This document shows, piece by piece, positions 17,831-26,653 of a stretch of DNA of 64,000 nucleotides (position 1 is the first letter of the stretch; the number at the start of each line of letters is the position of its first letter). Origin of the DNA: Candidatus Kaiserbacteria bacterium (GTDB taxonomy: Bacteria > Patescibacteriota > Minisyncoccia > Phycocordibacterales > UBA2100). A model generated the notes under the pieces. It worked only from the letters and a program-made list of their open reading frames with translations, searched no databases and was not told the origin of the DNA. Location: contig JACPLD010000002.1 of assembly GCA_016186765.1 (NCBI GenBank), positions 35,272-99,271 on the forward strand, in the 5' to 3' direction. The translations under genes and the position numbers were made by a program.

Positions 17831-19180
17831 ATGCTTAGGGCTCTCAAAGAACTCGTGCACACGCTCGTTCCCTCGCCGATCCTCACGAGGATCCTCTCCG
17901 CCTACCACTTTATGCTCGCTTCCCTTGCGGCAGTCGTCTACGGCTTTCCTTCGCGTTTTCTCTTCGTCGTCGGGGTCACCGGGACAAAAGGAAAAACGAC
18001 CGTGACGGAGATGGTAAACATAATTCTCGAAGAAGCGGGGCATACTACCGCTCTCATAAACTCCATACACTTCAAGATTGGGGAGAAATCAGAACCGAAT
18101 CTCACGCGCATGTCGATGCCGGGACGTTTCTTCATTCAAAAGTTTTTGAGCGACGCCGTACGCGCTCAGTGCACAGCTGCCGTCTTAGAGATGACCTCCG
18201 AAGGCGCGAGGCAACATCGCCATCGATTCATCGATCTGAACGCGCTCATCTTCACCAACTTCGCACCTGAGCACATCGAATCTCACGGCTCGATCGAGGC
18301 GTATGCGAATACGAAGTTCGAGATCGGCAAAGAGCTCGCGCGCTCGAATAAACGTCCACGCTTCATCGTGGCAAATGCTGAGGACAAAGAGGCTACTCGC
18401 TACCTTAGCTTGCCCGTCGAATACGCACTTCCCTTTTTGCTCGCTGCAGAAAACGCCTCGGCCGACGAGCACGGCGGCTCGTTCATGATCGATGGAACAC
18501 GAGTAACGATTAGTTTGCCCGGCGCGTTTTCGCTACGCAACGCGCTTTCAGCGGCTATGCTTGCGCGCGCGCTGGGGATCGCACCCGCGGTGATCGCACG
18601 AGCACTCGAAAAACTGAAAAAAGTCCCCGGGCGCGCGGAGCGAATCGAAGCCGGCCCCGCCTTCGCCAAGGCTTCGGCGGGCAAGCAGAGTTTCACCGTC
18701 GTCGTCGATTATGCGCATACGCCCGATTCCCTCGCAGCGCTCTACGACGCCTATCGCAACGTAAAGAAAATTTGCGTCGTAAGCGCAACGGGCGGAGGGC
18801 GAGATACGTGGAAACGCCCCGTCATGGGACACATCGCCGAGGAACAATGCGAGACCGTCATCCTCACGAACGAGGATCCATACGACGAGGATCCACAGCA
18901 GATTGCCGAGGACATCGCGCGGGGTATGAGCAAGCGCCCAGAAATTATCATGGACAGGCGCGAGGCGATTTCGAGAGCTCTCGAAATCGCCCTGAGTATG
19001 TCGAAGGGCATCCCTCGACAGGCTCGGGATCCCAGTAATCAAAACGGCATCGCCGTTTTGATTACTGGGAAAGGCACAGATCCTTCCATCTGCGGACCAC
19101 GCGGCACAAAAATTCCCTGGAACGACGGGCAGGTTGCGCGCGAGGAGCTCGAAGCTCTCCTCAAGAAAGGCACGGTGTAA
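17831..19180 (+). CDS. murE: UDP-MurNAc-tripeptide synthetase (MurE-like Mur ligase)
   Basis: GVTGTKGKTT, VVVDYAHTPD, GGGRD, LTNEDP, ITGKG. Confidence 0.88.
   Translation: MLRALKELVHTLVPSPILTRILSAYHFMLASLAAVVYGFPSRFLFVVGVTGTKGKTTVTEMVNIILEEAGHTTALINSIHFKIGEKSEPNLTRMSMPGRFFIQKFLSDAVRAQCTAAVLEMTSEGARQHRHRFIDLNALIFTNFAPEHIESHGSIEAYANTKFEIGKELARSNKRPRFIVANAEDKEATRYLSLPVEYALPFLLAAENASADEHGGSFMIDGTRVTISLPGAFSLRNALSAAMLARALGIAPAVIARALEKLKKVPGRAERIEAGPAFAKASAGKQSFTVVVDYAHTPDSLAALYDAYRNVKKICVVSATGGGRDTWKRPVMGHIAEEQCETVILTNEDPYDEDPQQIAEDIARGMSKRPEIIMDRREAISRALEIALSMSKGIPRQARDPSNQNGIAVLITGKGTDPSICGPRGTKIPWNDGQVAREELEALLKKGTV
18656..18685. repeat. Palindromic repeat inserted in frame in murE (peptide PAFAKASAGK)
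   Basis: 27/30 identity with the reverse complement of intergenic 32454-32483. Confidence 0.8.
18989..19030. repeat. Inverted doublet of CCTTCGAC-n-CTCAGG repeat inside murE
   Basis: GCCCTGAGTATGTCGAAGGGC followed by ATCCCTCGACAGGCTCGGGAT. Confidence 0.7.
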
Positions 19181-19210
19181 TCGTTTCGTTGGCTATAATG
19201 GGATGGAAGT

Positions 19211-20212
19211 ATGATCGTCCGTGTCCTCATCGGCTTTGCGATCGTCACACTCGCCGTGCTCATTTTCCTTTGGCTTGCGACAGGCGGTGTGCAAGAGATT
19301 GCCACTATCGCGCGCGGGATTACCAATCCGCTCCGTATTTTTAGCGGAGGATTGAGTTCGTTTCGCCTCCCCTGGCAGCCTGAACAGCTGACGCGTGGCC
19401 CGATCGTGAACGCTGGTGAAGAAATTCCAGGTACAGAAGGTACACAAGAGCACGGTGCGCCGGAAGAAGAGTTGGCCGGTGCACAGAAAGAGTACGACGC
19501 TATCGTGAAGGAGATGCAGTCAGCACAGAATTTCGGCGAGCCTTCGCCGTACCGTGGGCAGGTAACGCTTATGCAAGCCTCTGCTGCACAAAGCGGCGCT
19601 TCAGAGGAGTACATGGAGCTCGAAGCTGCATGGGACAACACAGCACCAGTGAAGATAAGCGGTTGGTCGCTCCAGAGCGCACTCACGGGCATTCGCGCCT
19701 ACGTGCCGCGCGGCGCGCATCCTTTCATCTTGGGTTCCGTCAACATACAAAACGACATCTACCTCGATCCGGGCAGCTCTGCTATCCTCCCCTCGGGAGC
19801 ATCTCCCCTTGGGACCTCATTCAGAGAGAATGCGTGCACGGGATACCTCGGCAGACTGCAGAGCTTTACGCCGCCTTTGGAGCGCGTCTGTCCCGCTCCG
19901 AGAGATGAGTTGCCGTTCACACCGGAAAACATCAGAACATATGGAGAGGCGTGCTTCGATTTCGTGCAAACGATTACCTCGTGCACTTTTCCTGCAGACG
20001 TTCCCTCGAACGTCTCGCCCGCATGCCACCTCTTTCTTGCGAACAACCTCTCCTACAACGGTTGCACGCAAAACCACCGCCATGAGAGCGATTTCGCGCG
20101 TAACACATGGCGCATGTACCTCAATGCCGGCGGCGAGCTCTGGCGCAACTCGCACGACATCATCCGATTGCTCGACCAACAAGGAAGGACTGTCGATATG
20201 GTCTCCTACTAG
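19211..20212 (+). CDS. Membrane-anchored hypothetical protein with lamin-tail-like motifs
   Basis: N-terminal TM; EYMELE..N..VKISGWSL and WRNSHDIIRLLDQQGRTVD. Confidence 0.7.
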   Translation: MIVRVLIGFAIVTLAVLIFLWLATGGVQEIATIARGITNPLRIFSGGLSSFRLPWQPEQLTRGPIVNAGEEIPGTEGTQEHGAPEEELAGAQKEYDAIVKEMQSAQNFGEPSPYRGQVTLMQASAAQSGASEEYMELEAAWDNTAPVKISGWSLQSALTGIRAYVPRGAHPFILGSVNIQNDIYLDPGSSAILPSGASPLGTSFRENACTGYLGRLQSFTPPLERVCPAPRDELPFTPENIRTYGEACFDFVQTITSCTFPADVPSNVSPACHLFLANNLSYNGCTQNHRHESDFARNTWRMYLNAGGELWRNSHDIIRLLDQQGRTVDMVSY

Positions 20213-20676
20213 GCGACAGCTGAAAATAGGATGATTCCCGCGACGACAGCAACGTTGAGCGACTCTTTTTTCCCATGCATGGGAATTTCCACCAGTATGT
20301 CGCAAAGCCTACGAATCGAGGGTGGGATACCGCGCACTTCGTTGCCGAAGATAAAAAGTGTTTTTGCTCTTGCGCGAAAGCGTCGGTAATCGCGCGCACG
20401 CACATCCTGTTCGACCCCGACGATCGTCCACCCTTCACGCTTCAGACGTCGAACTACTTCCCAAGGCGAGCGCGCAGACTCCCACGAGACAAACTTCTCG
20501 GCGCCAAGCGCCGCTTTTGCGATATCTTTTCGCACTCGTCCGAAGCGGTCGTACGGAACAGGCGTATAACCGGTGAGATACATCTTCGAAACGCCTGCTG
20601 CATCGGCGGTCCGAAATATCGAGCCCACATTGTGCGTACTCCGCACGTTATGTAAGAGCACAGCGATCTCCCTCAT
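20209..20676 (-). CDS. TrmH/SpoU family RNA methyltransferase
   Basis: VRSTHNVGSIFRTADA, FGNEVRG, IPMHGKKESLNVAV. Confidence 0.92.
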   Translation of the reverse strand: MREIAVLLHNVRSTHNVGSIFRTADAAGVSKMYLTGYTPVPYDRFGRVRKDIAKAALGAEKFVSWESARSPWEVVRRLKREGWTIVGVEQDVRARDYRRFRARAKTLFIFGNEVRGIPPSIRRLCDILVEIPMHGKKESLNVAVVAGIILFSAVA

Positions 20677-20709
20677 GGCTGCACGATAGCAAGATGCTAT
20701 ACTTTCGCC

Positions 20710-21054
20710 ATGCTTTCAGTATTTCCCGAACTCCTCTTCCTCTCCCCACTCGCACCGTTTCTACTGCGCATCGCGCTTGCGATGCTTTTCGCACTCGCAG
20801 CATGGAACCATGTTGCACGTCCAGATGCTGCGTCGCGCGTGCTCGCCATCTTCGAATTCGTCGTCGCGATTGCTCTCGTCGTGGGCGCATGGACACAGCC
20901 TGCAGCACTACTTGGCGCTATCATCGCCGCGGTGTGGTTCTTCCAGAAGACAAGCCGCGTGTACGAGCTAAGTACCATCCTTCTTACGCTCGTTATATCT
21001 CTCTCACTCGTCATCACGGGCGCAGGCGCTTTCGCGGTCGATCTGCCTTTGTAG
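20710..21054 (+). CDS. DoxX-like membrane protein
   Basis: APFLLRIAL, EFVVAIALVVG, TGAGAFAVD. Confidence 0.7.
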   Translation: MLSVFPELLFLSPLAPFLLRIALAMLFALAAWNHVARPDAASRVLAIFEFVVAIALVVGAWTQPAALLGAIIAAVWFFQKTSRVYELSTILLTLVISLSLVITGAGAFAVDLPL

Positions 21055-21090
21055 TAATTCGAACCTCCATCTGCTAGGATATTAAGGCAA

Positions 21091-21163
21091 CCGCCCGTAG
21101 CTCAATTGGTAGAGCAGCGACCTTTTAAGTCGTTGGTTCCGCGTTCGATTCGCGGCGGGCGGA
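21091..21163 (+). tRNA. tRNA-Lys(TTT)
   Basis: CCGCCCG acceptor, GCGAC-CTTTTAA-GTCGT, GTTCGATTC. Confidence 0.95.
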
Positions 21164-21166
21164 CCT

Positions 21167-22024
21167 GTGAACTCATTTAAACAACGCTGCATCGAACTGC
21201 GGAAGCAGGACCTGACTCTTCCGGAAATAGTGCGAATCACGGGTCGCCCGAAATCCTCCGTACACTTTCACATACAAGATATTCCACTTAGCAGTCGGAA
21301 ACTACAGAAAATTCGAGATGCAAACGTACTACACATAAGAAACATCGCATTGCAACGCAGAGGCGTGAGCGCGCGACTTTTTAAGAAATTCACGAAGTGG
21401 GACCGTGATCTGGTCTGCCTTGTCTCTCACCTACTCTTTGATGGTGAAATAAAACGCGGTGGGTGCATCTACAACAATAGAAATGCTGCGTTGCTTGAAC
21501 ATGTAGAAAGTTGCATGAAAAGAATCTACCCTGCTTCGCCAAGGCGATACATCAACACACATACCGGTGTATCTCGTATCAGCTACTTCAATGTGTCACT
21601 TGGAGAATACATAAAGGAAAAGTCGGTGCATTTGCTTCGAGCAATACCTTCAATGTCCGTGGAACTTAAAAGAGCTTTTTTACAGTCCTTTTTTGATGAT
21701 GAGGGATGTGTCAACTTTCGGCCGCACAGAAATCATCGACGGATCCGAGGATACCAAAAGGATGTGGCGATCTTGAGCGTGGTTAAAAGACTACTTGCCG
21801 ATTTTTATATTGAATCGCGCATTCAGCTTCCAAACGAAATAGTAATCATCGGTAAGGAAAATTTTCTTAAATTCCAAAAAGAAATCGATTTCTCTCCGGG
21901 CGTACGCATCAATGGAAAGCGCTCCAATAGCATCTGGAAAAAATCTCTCGAGAAGCGCGAATTGCTTGAGCGTGCAATAGCATCTTACAAACCCGTCGGA
22001 AGCAACGGCGTGCACCGTACGTAG
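21167..22024 (+). CDS. HTH plus LAGLIDADG endonuclease-like protein
   Basis: LTLPEIVRITGRPKSSV HTH; LVSHLLFDGEI and AFLQSFFDDEGCV; AT-richer. Confidence 0.8.
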   Translation: MNSFKQRCIELRKQDLTLPEIVRITGRPKSSVHFHIQDIPLSSRKLQKIRDANVLHIRNIALQRRGVSARLFKKFTKWDRDLVCLVSHLLFDGEIKRGGCIYNNRNAALLEHVESCMKRIYPASPRRYINTHTGVSRISYFNVSLGEYIKEKSVHLLRAIPSMSVELKRAFLQSFFDDEGCVNFRPHRNHRRIRGYQKDVAILSVVKRLLADFYIESRIQLPNEIVIIGKENFLKFQKEIDFSPGVRINGKRSNSIWKKSLEKRELLERAIASYKPVGSNGVHRT

Positions 22025-22030
22025 TGCGGA

Positions 22031-23353
22031 CTAAATTGTGAGTTGAACCGTTACGTAGTCCGTCACGGGCGTTCCGCCAGGAGTGAGACACGAGATCGTG
22101 AATGTCGTTGCGCCCGAAAGTGGGACCGTCGCGGCCCCACCCGAGAGCGAGTCTTCATTGAAGCTCCCATCGGGCGAGGTGATTGAGCAGGTTGAGACTC
22201 CCCTTGTGTTCCAAAATACCGACGTGCGCGTGCCAAGCGACACCTTATCCGGCACTGCCCAGATCTCAACCTGCGGCGGCACGGTCGGCGCCTGCGGCTG
22301 TGGGGCAGGTGCGGGGGCAGGGGCAGGAGCCGGCGGGGTTGCCTGTTTCTCGACGACGGGCACCGAGGGGGGCGCGGGAGAACCCACCTGATAGCCACGC
22401 CACGCGCAGAGACTGTCGAAGAACGCTGGCGGGATCACGAAGGAGATAACAGAAGTCCCCCATGGGCGACTCTGACACATACCCGAAACAATGCCCTGCG
22501 GCTGCCCGCCGAGCGTATCGGAGCCGTAGAAGCCAGCAACCTCCGTGTTCGCTCCAGGGTCGCGCGCCTGTGCGACGATGGTTGCGCCCCCGTCGGTCAC
22601 GACGATATCACCCCGCGTCCCGGATTGCAGATTCACCTGCTCGCCGGAGAGGTTCGTGCCGATGGCAGGAGCAGGAGGTGGTGTGGTACCTGTGGATGTC
22701 TTTACTTCCCCGAGCTTGGGAAGCGCATCGCTCACGTTCAACAATGCGCCCTCCCCGGCGCCGCTTCCGGCGTTCAGCGCATTCAAAAGCTCGTCGGAGC
22801 CGCTTGTGGTCAAAAGCGAATTTAGTGAATCTGATGTCGGGGGAACATAGTAGGCGCAAGGATCCACCGAAGGAACCGTCACCTGGTAGTACGACGTGCA
22901 GCCGCTCGCACCTCCAAGGTTTCCCGACTGCGGGGGTGGTGGCGGGGGTGGTGGCGGCTGTCCTCCACCCCCTCCACCTTGCATCGCCTGCTTCAGCATA
23001 TCCATGACACCCTTGAGCACATCCATCATTCCCTTCGCATCGCCAACGCCCTGCGATTGGCCCTGCTGGTCCGTGAAGCTCGTTCCTTCACATTTATTTG
23101 CTGCCACACATATGCCGATAACCTTCCCGCCGGGCGGTGTATCGAAACATATCCCGGGAGGGCACAGGTACGTGTTCTTGCCGCCGATGCATGTGCCGTT
23201 CGGTCCGGGGATTTTGTTGCAACCACATTTGGGTATCCAAGGATTGCACATCGCGTTCGCCGCGCCACTCATCGCTGCATAAGCAGTAAAAGGAACAACG
23301 AGGAATGCCAAAAGAAATCCCACGGTAAGAACCATCGCGAGACGAAGACTCAT
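22031..23353 (-). CDS. Secreted Cys-rich/Pro-rich surface protein
   Basis: Signal peptide ending AYA, Cys-rich N-domain, poly-Pro linkers, C-terminal domain resembling that of 14676-16550. Confidence 0.75.
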   Translation of the reverse strand: MSLRLAMVLTVGFLLAFLVVPFTAYAAMSGAANAMCNPWIPKCGCNKIPGPNGTCIGGKNTYLCPPGICFDTPPGGKVIGICVAANKCEGTSFTDQQGQSQGVGDAKGMMDVLKGVMDMLKQAMQGGGGGGQPPPPPPPPPQSGNLGGASGCTSYYQVTVPSVDPCAYYVPPTSDSLNSLLTTSGSDELLNALNAGSGAGEGALLNVSDALPKLGEVKTSTGTTPPPAPAIGTNLSGEQVNLQSGTRGDIVVTDGGATIVAQARDPGANTEVAGFYGSDTLGGQPQGIVSGMCQSRPWGTSVISFVIPPAFFDSLCAWRGYQVGSPAPPSVPVVEKQATPPAPAPAPAPAPQPQAPTVPPQVEIWAVPDKVSLGTRTSVFWNTRGVSTCSITSPDGSFNEDSLSGGAATVPLSGATTFTISCLTPGGTPVTDYVTVQLTI

Positions 23354-23434
23354 GCACTCAATGCTACAAGACCGTATACAATCCGCAACAGCTTTTTTTA
23401 GGATTTGTTGACACCCCATTAGAGAACTTCGTCT

Positions 23435-24073
23435 CTAATGGGGCAGGCCCAGAATGTAGTGCTCGAGGGCATATTCGAGCTCGAAGCCCGAACGACGAGC
23501 CTCGTGGGGAAGCTCGGCCAATTCTGCGACGAGTCTTGCCGCTCGCGCTTGCGCTGCGCCGCGCGATTTCAAAAACATGTCCTTCGCCCCCCAAAAGAGA
23601 ACACCGTGGATCGCTTCGGGTGCTTCATCGCGCGAAAGCGCGCGCTGGTACTCGACCCAAAGCCGCTTCTTGTCGCCCCCTTTAAGCGCATAGGCAAGCG
23701 CGAATATTCCGCTGCGCTCCTTTTCCTTCCTCGTATCGAATCGCTTCGAAGTCTCCGCGTATTTCTCGAGCTTCTTTCGCGTATCTGCATCGAGCTTTTC
23801 CTCCAGAATAAAAAATGGTTCGTCGGATTCTTTTAGATGAATGATGTTGTCGAGCACAACGCTTCGCATCTCTTCGTTTTCGAACGTTCCGTCAAGCACA
23901 ATAGCGCATCTCTGTCCAAACATACCACCTCCCGCAAGTGCCGCTCGGAGATCTTCGAGCGAATTCGCATCTGTTATCCGAACGACGTCCCGCTTGCCCT
24001 GAGCTCGTCGAAGGGCCTTGTTCATCTCCGCGCGTGCTTTTTCTCGGTCAGTTCCAAGAAATAGGTGCAACAT
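23435..24073 (-). CDS. holA: Short DNA polymerase III delta (HolA)-like protein
   Basis: LHLFLGTD, GGMFG, IFALAYAL, LEHYIL; follows polA. Confidence 0.55.
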   Translation of the reverse strand: MLHLFLGTDREKARAEMNKALRRAQGKRDVVRITDANSLEDLRAALAGGGMFGQRCAIVLDGTFENEEMRSVVLDNIIHLKESDEPFFILEEKLDADTRKKLEKYAETSKRFDTRKEKERSGIFALAYALKGGDKKRLWVEYQRALSRDEAPEAIHGVLFWGAKDMFLKSRGAAQARAARLVAELAELPHEARRSGFELEYALEHYILGLPH

Positions 24074-24183
24074 ACTCTTCTACCTTAGCATTGCGAGGCC
24101 GCGTGTGGCTTTTGGAGTCTTCGCGCAGGCCGGTGGGCCGAGCGGGAGCAATTTTCTAGCAAGAAAAGTAGCGAGCATAAAAG

Positions 24184-26568
24184 TCATACGCGGCTGAGCT
24201 TGCGTACATCGCCCCAGTTTGGTCCGATCGAGATTTCCGCAACAATCGGTACACCACTCAGTTTCTCCGAAGGTACAACAGATTCCATGATGTCGCGAAG
24301 CGCGCGCGCGACACCCTCTGCGTCGTTTTCCTCCACCTCGTAAACCAATTCGTCGTGTACCTGCAAAAGGAGCCGTGCCCTATCTCGCCATCCATTTTTC
24401 TCGATCAAGGCATCGGCCTCGACCATCGCGAGCTTGATGATGTCGGACTGCGTTCCTTGGATCGGTGCGTTGATCGCCATGCGCTCGGCCTGTGCCTTGA
24501 TGTTGGGTAGCGCGGATTGGAGCCCGGGAAAGTAGCGCCTGCGACCGAAGAGCGTTTCGGTGTAGCCAAGCCGGCTTGCTTGGGCTTTTGTCTGTTCGAT
24601 GAATCGTGCGAGGCCGGAATAATTCTTGAAGTACTCCGAAAGAAAATCTGCCGCCTCTTGCCGGGAGACATTCTCGCCGAGTGCCTGACGCAAAGCGTTC
24701 ACGCCCATGCCGTAGAGAATGCCAAAGTTGATGACCTTCGCCCTGCGGCGCATTTCGTAGTCGACGTGCTCGGGCAGAACATTGAAGACTTCCGCTGCCA
24801 CGGCGGCGTGCACGTCGCCGCCTTTCTTGAATACGTCAATGAGCTTTCGATCACCTGCAAGCCCGGCCGCCACGCGAAGCTCTATTTGCGAATAGTCTAT
24901 CGCGGAGAGCACAAAGCCCTTATCGGCAGTGAAGGCCGAGCGGATCCTGCGACCATACTCACTCTTGATGGGAATGTTTTGGAGATTGGGTTTCTCACTG
25001 GCCATGCGTCCCGTGGTCGTCCCCGCCTGCAAAAACTGCGTGCGCAGCCTACCGTCCCCGGCAATGAGTGTCGGGATTTTTTCAATATAGGTGGAGAGGA
25101 GCTTTTGGAGCTCTCGGTACGCGAGAATATCTGCAATGATGGGGTGCAAAGGCGAGAGCTTCGCGAGTTCCTCCTCGCGCGTCGTGCGCGCACCCGTCGC
25201 CGTCTTCTTGTGTCGCGCGGGCACGATCTTCAGCTCGTCGAAGAGCACCGTCGCAAGCTGCTTAGGAGAGTTCACATTGAATTCGCGTCCCGCGTGCTTA
25301 TAAATGCGACCGGCAATCTCGCCTAATCCCCGCCCATAATCGCTCGAAAGCTCTTCCAAGTACGTGGTGTCGACGAGAATGCCTGTTTTGTTCATACGCT
25401 CGACTACGGAGATGAGCGGGCGCTCGATTTTCTCGAAGATGTCATTGAGTCTGCCTGTTTTGTGCAGCTCAGAAAAAATCGCCTCCCTTGCCCGTTCGAA
25501 ATCGTCAACACCCACATAGCGCAGGATGTCCTCAAGCGAGGGACTCGTGGTGTCGGAATGCAAAAGCCAGAGTGCGATCGATGTTTCCTTGAGCGCCTGC
25601 GCATCAAGTGAGGATGAAAGACCGTCCTTCGCGTCCTTCACAGATCCTACCGCGGAGCGGACGCGCTCCTTGAGCGAGCGGAATTCGAGCTCGTCGCACA
25701 GAGCTTCGATCGAGGTCGCATTGTCCTCAAGGTGCCAGTGGCGCTTGGGCAGCTCGAAGTGGATTGGTGTGTCGGCGTGTATCGTTGCAAGCTCTTTTGA
25801 AAAGACCGCGTCATTGAAGTGCTCTTTCACGAGTTCCACGTAGCGTTTGCGCACGTCGGCGCGCTCGGCCACCTTCTCGACACCCTCCGTCGCAAGCGCC
25901 CGCGCGATATCTTCGATGCTTCCGAACGCGCGGATGAGCTTCATCGCGCTCTCCTCGCCGACGCCAGGGACACCCTTGATGTTATCCGACGGATCGCCAC
26001 GGATTCCTTTGAGATCGGTGACGTACTCGGGGCCGAAGCCGTAGCGCTCTTTCACAAGGTCAATGTCGTAGAGAAGCGTGTCGGTTATCCCTTTGCGCAT
26101 CGTGTAGACCTTCACGTTATCCGAGACGAGCTGCAGCGTATCCAAGTCTCCTGTCACGATAATAATATGCATGTCCTTGCGGAGCCCAAGCTTTTTCACG
26201 ATCGTGCCGATCACATCATCGGCCTCGTAGCCCGGTGCCTCGTAGAGCGGAATGCCGAAGGCATCAAAAATCATCGGCGCGCGCGAAAGCTGCTCTACGA
26301 GCTCCGCCTCCGCCGGCGTGCGCGTCGCTTTGTACGCTTTGAAAACTTCGTGACGGTTCGTTTTCCCCGGCAAATCGCGCGCGGCGACGATGTAGTCGGG
26401 CTTCAGATCGTCGATCGCCTTCAAGAGCGTTGCGGTGAGGCCGTAGAGTGCACCCGTGGGCTCACCCTTCGAAGTCGAGAAATCTGGTATCGCGTGGTAG
26501 GCGCGGTGCAAAATTGCGTGCGCATCGAGTATCACAAGCCGCTTACCCTTCTTGGATTTCTTTGCCAT
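24184..26568 (-). CDS. polA: DNA polymerase I
   Basis: ILDAHAILHRAYHA, YEADD, GDPSDN, TTTGRMAS, DYSQIELR, KVINFGILYG, QVHDEL. Confidence 0.97.
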   Translation of the reverse strand: MAKKSKKGKRLVILDAHAILHRAYHAIPDFSTSKGEPTGALYGLTATLLKAIDDLKPDYIVAARDLPGKTNRHEVFKAYKATRTPAEAELVEQLSRAPMIFDAFGIPLYEAPGYEADDVIGTIVKKLGLRKDMHIIIVTGDLDTLQLVSDNVKVYTMRKGITDTLLYDIDLVKERYGFGPEYVTDLKGIRGDPSDNIKGVPGVGEESAMKLIRAFGSIEDIARALATEGVEKVAERADVRKRYVELVKEHFNDAVFSKELATIHADTPIHFELPKRHWHLEDNATSIEALCDELEFRSLKERVRSAVGSVKDAKDGLSSSLDAQALKETSIALWLLHSDTTSPSLEDILRYVGVDDFERAREAIFSELHKTGRLNDIFEKIERPLISVVERMNKTGILVDTTYLEELSSDYGRGLGEIAGRIYKHAGREFNVNSPKQLATVLFDELKIVPARHKKTATGARTTREEELAKLSPLHPIIADILAYRELQKLLSTYIEKIPTLIAGDGRLRTQFLQAGTTTGRMASEKPNLQNIPIKSEYGRRIRSAFTADKGFVLSAIDYSQIELRVAAGLAGDRKLIDVFKKGGDVHAAVAAEVFNVLPEHVDYEMRRRAKVINFGILYGMGVNALRQALGENVSRQEAADFLSEYFKNYSGLARFIEQTKAQASRLGYTETLFGRRRYFPGLQSALPNIKAQAERMAINAPIQGTQSDIIKLAMVEADALIEKNGWRDRARLLLQVHDELVYEVEENDAEGVARALRDIMESVVPSEKLSGVPIVAEISIGPNWGDVRKLSRV

Positions 26569-26653
26569 GCACGCTGCATGATACGCCACTCGGGAGCGAA
26601 GTCGACCTCGAATCAGCGGCCTTTCCTCTCTTTTTGTGCGGTAGAATGGATGG

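Noticed and set aside
17831-17960. murE as a 5'-truncated pseudogene
   Set aside because: The ORF starts right after ruvA and keeps all catalytic motifs; more likely a naturally short form.
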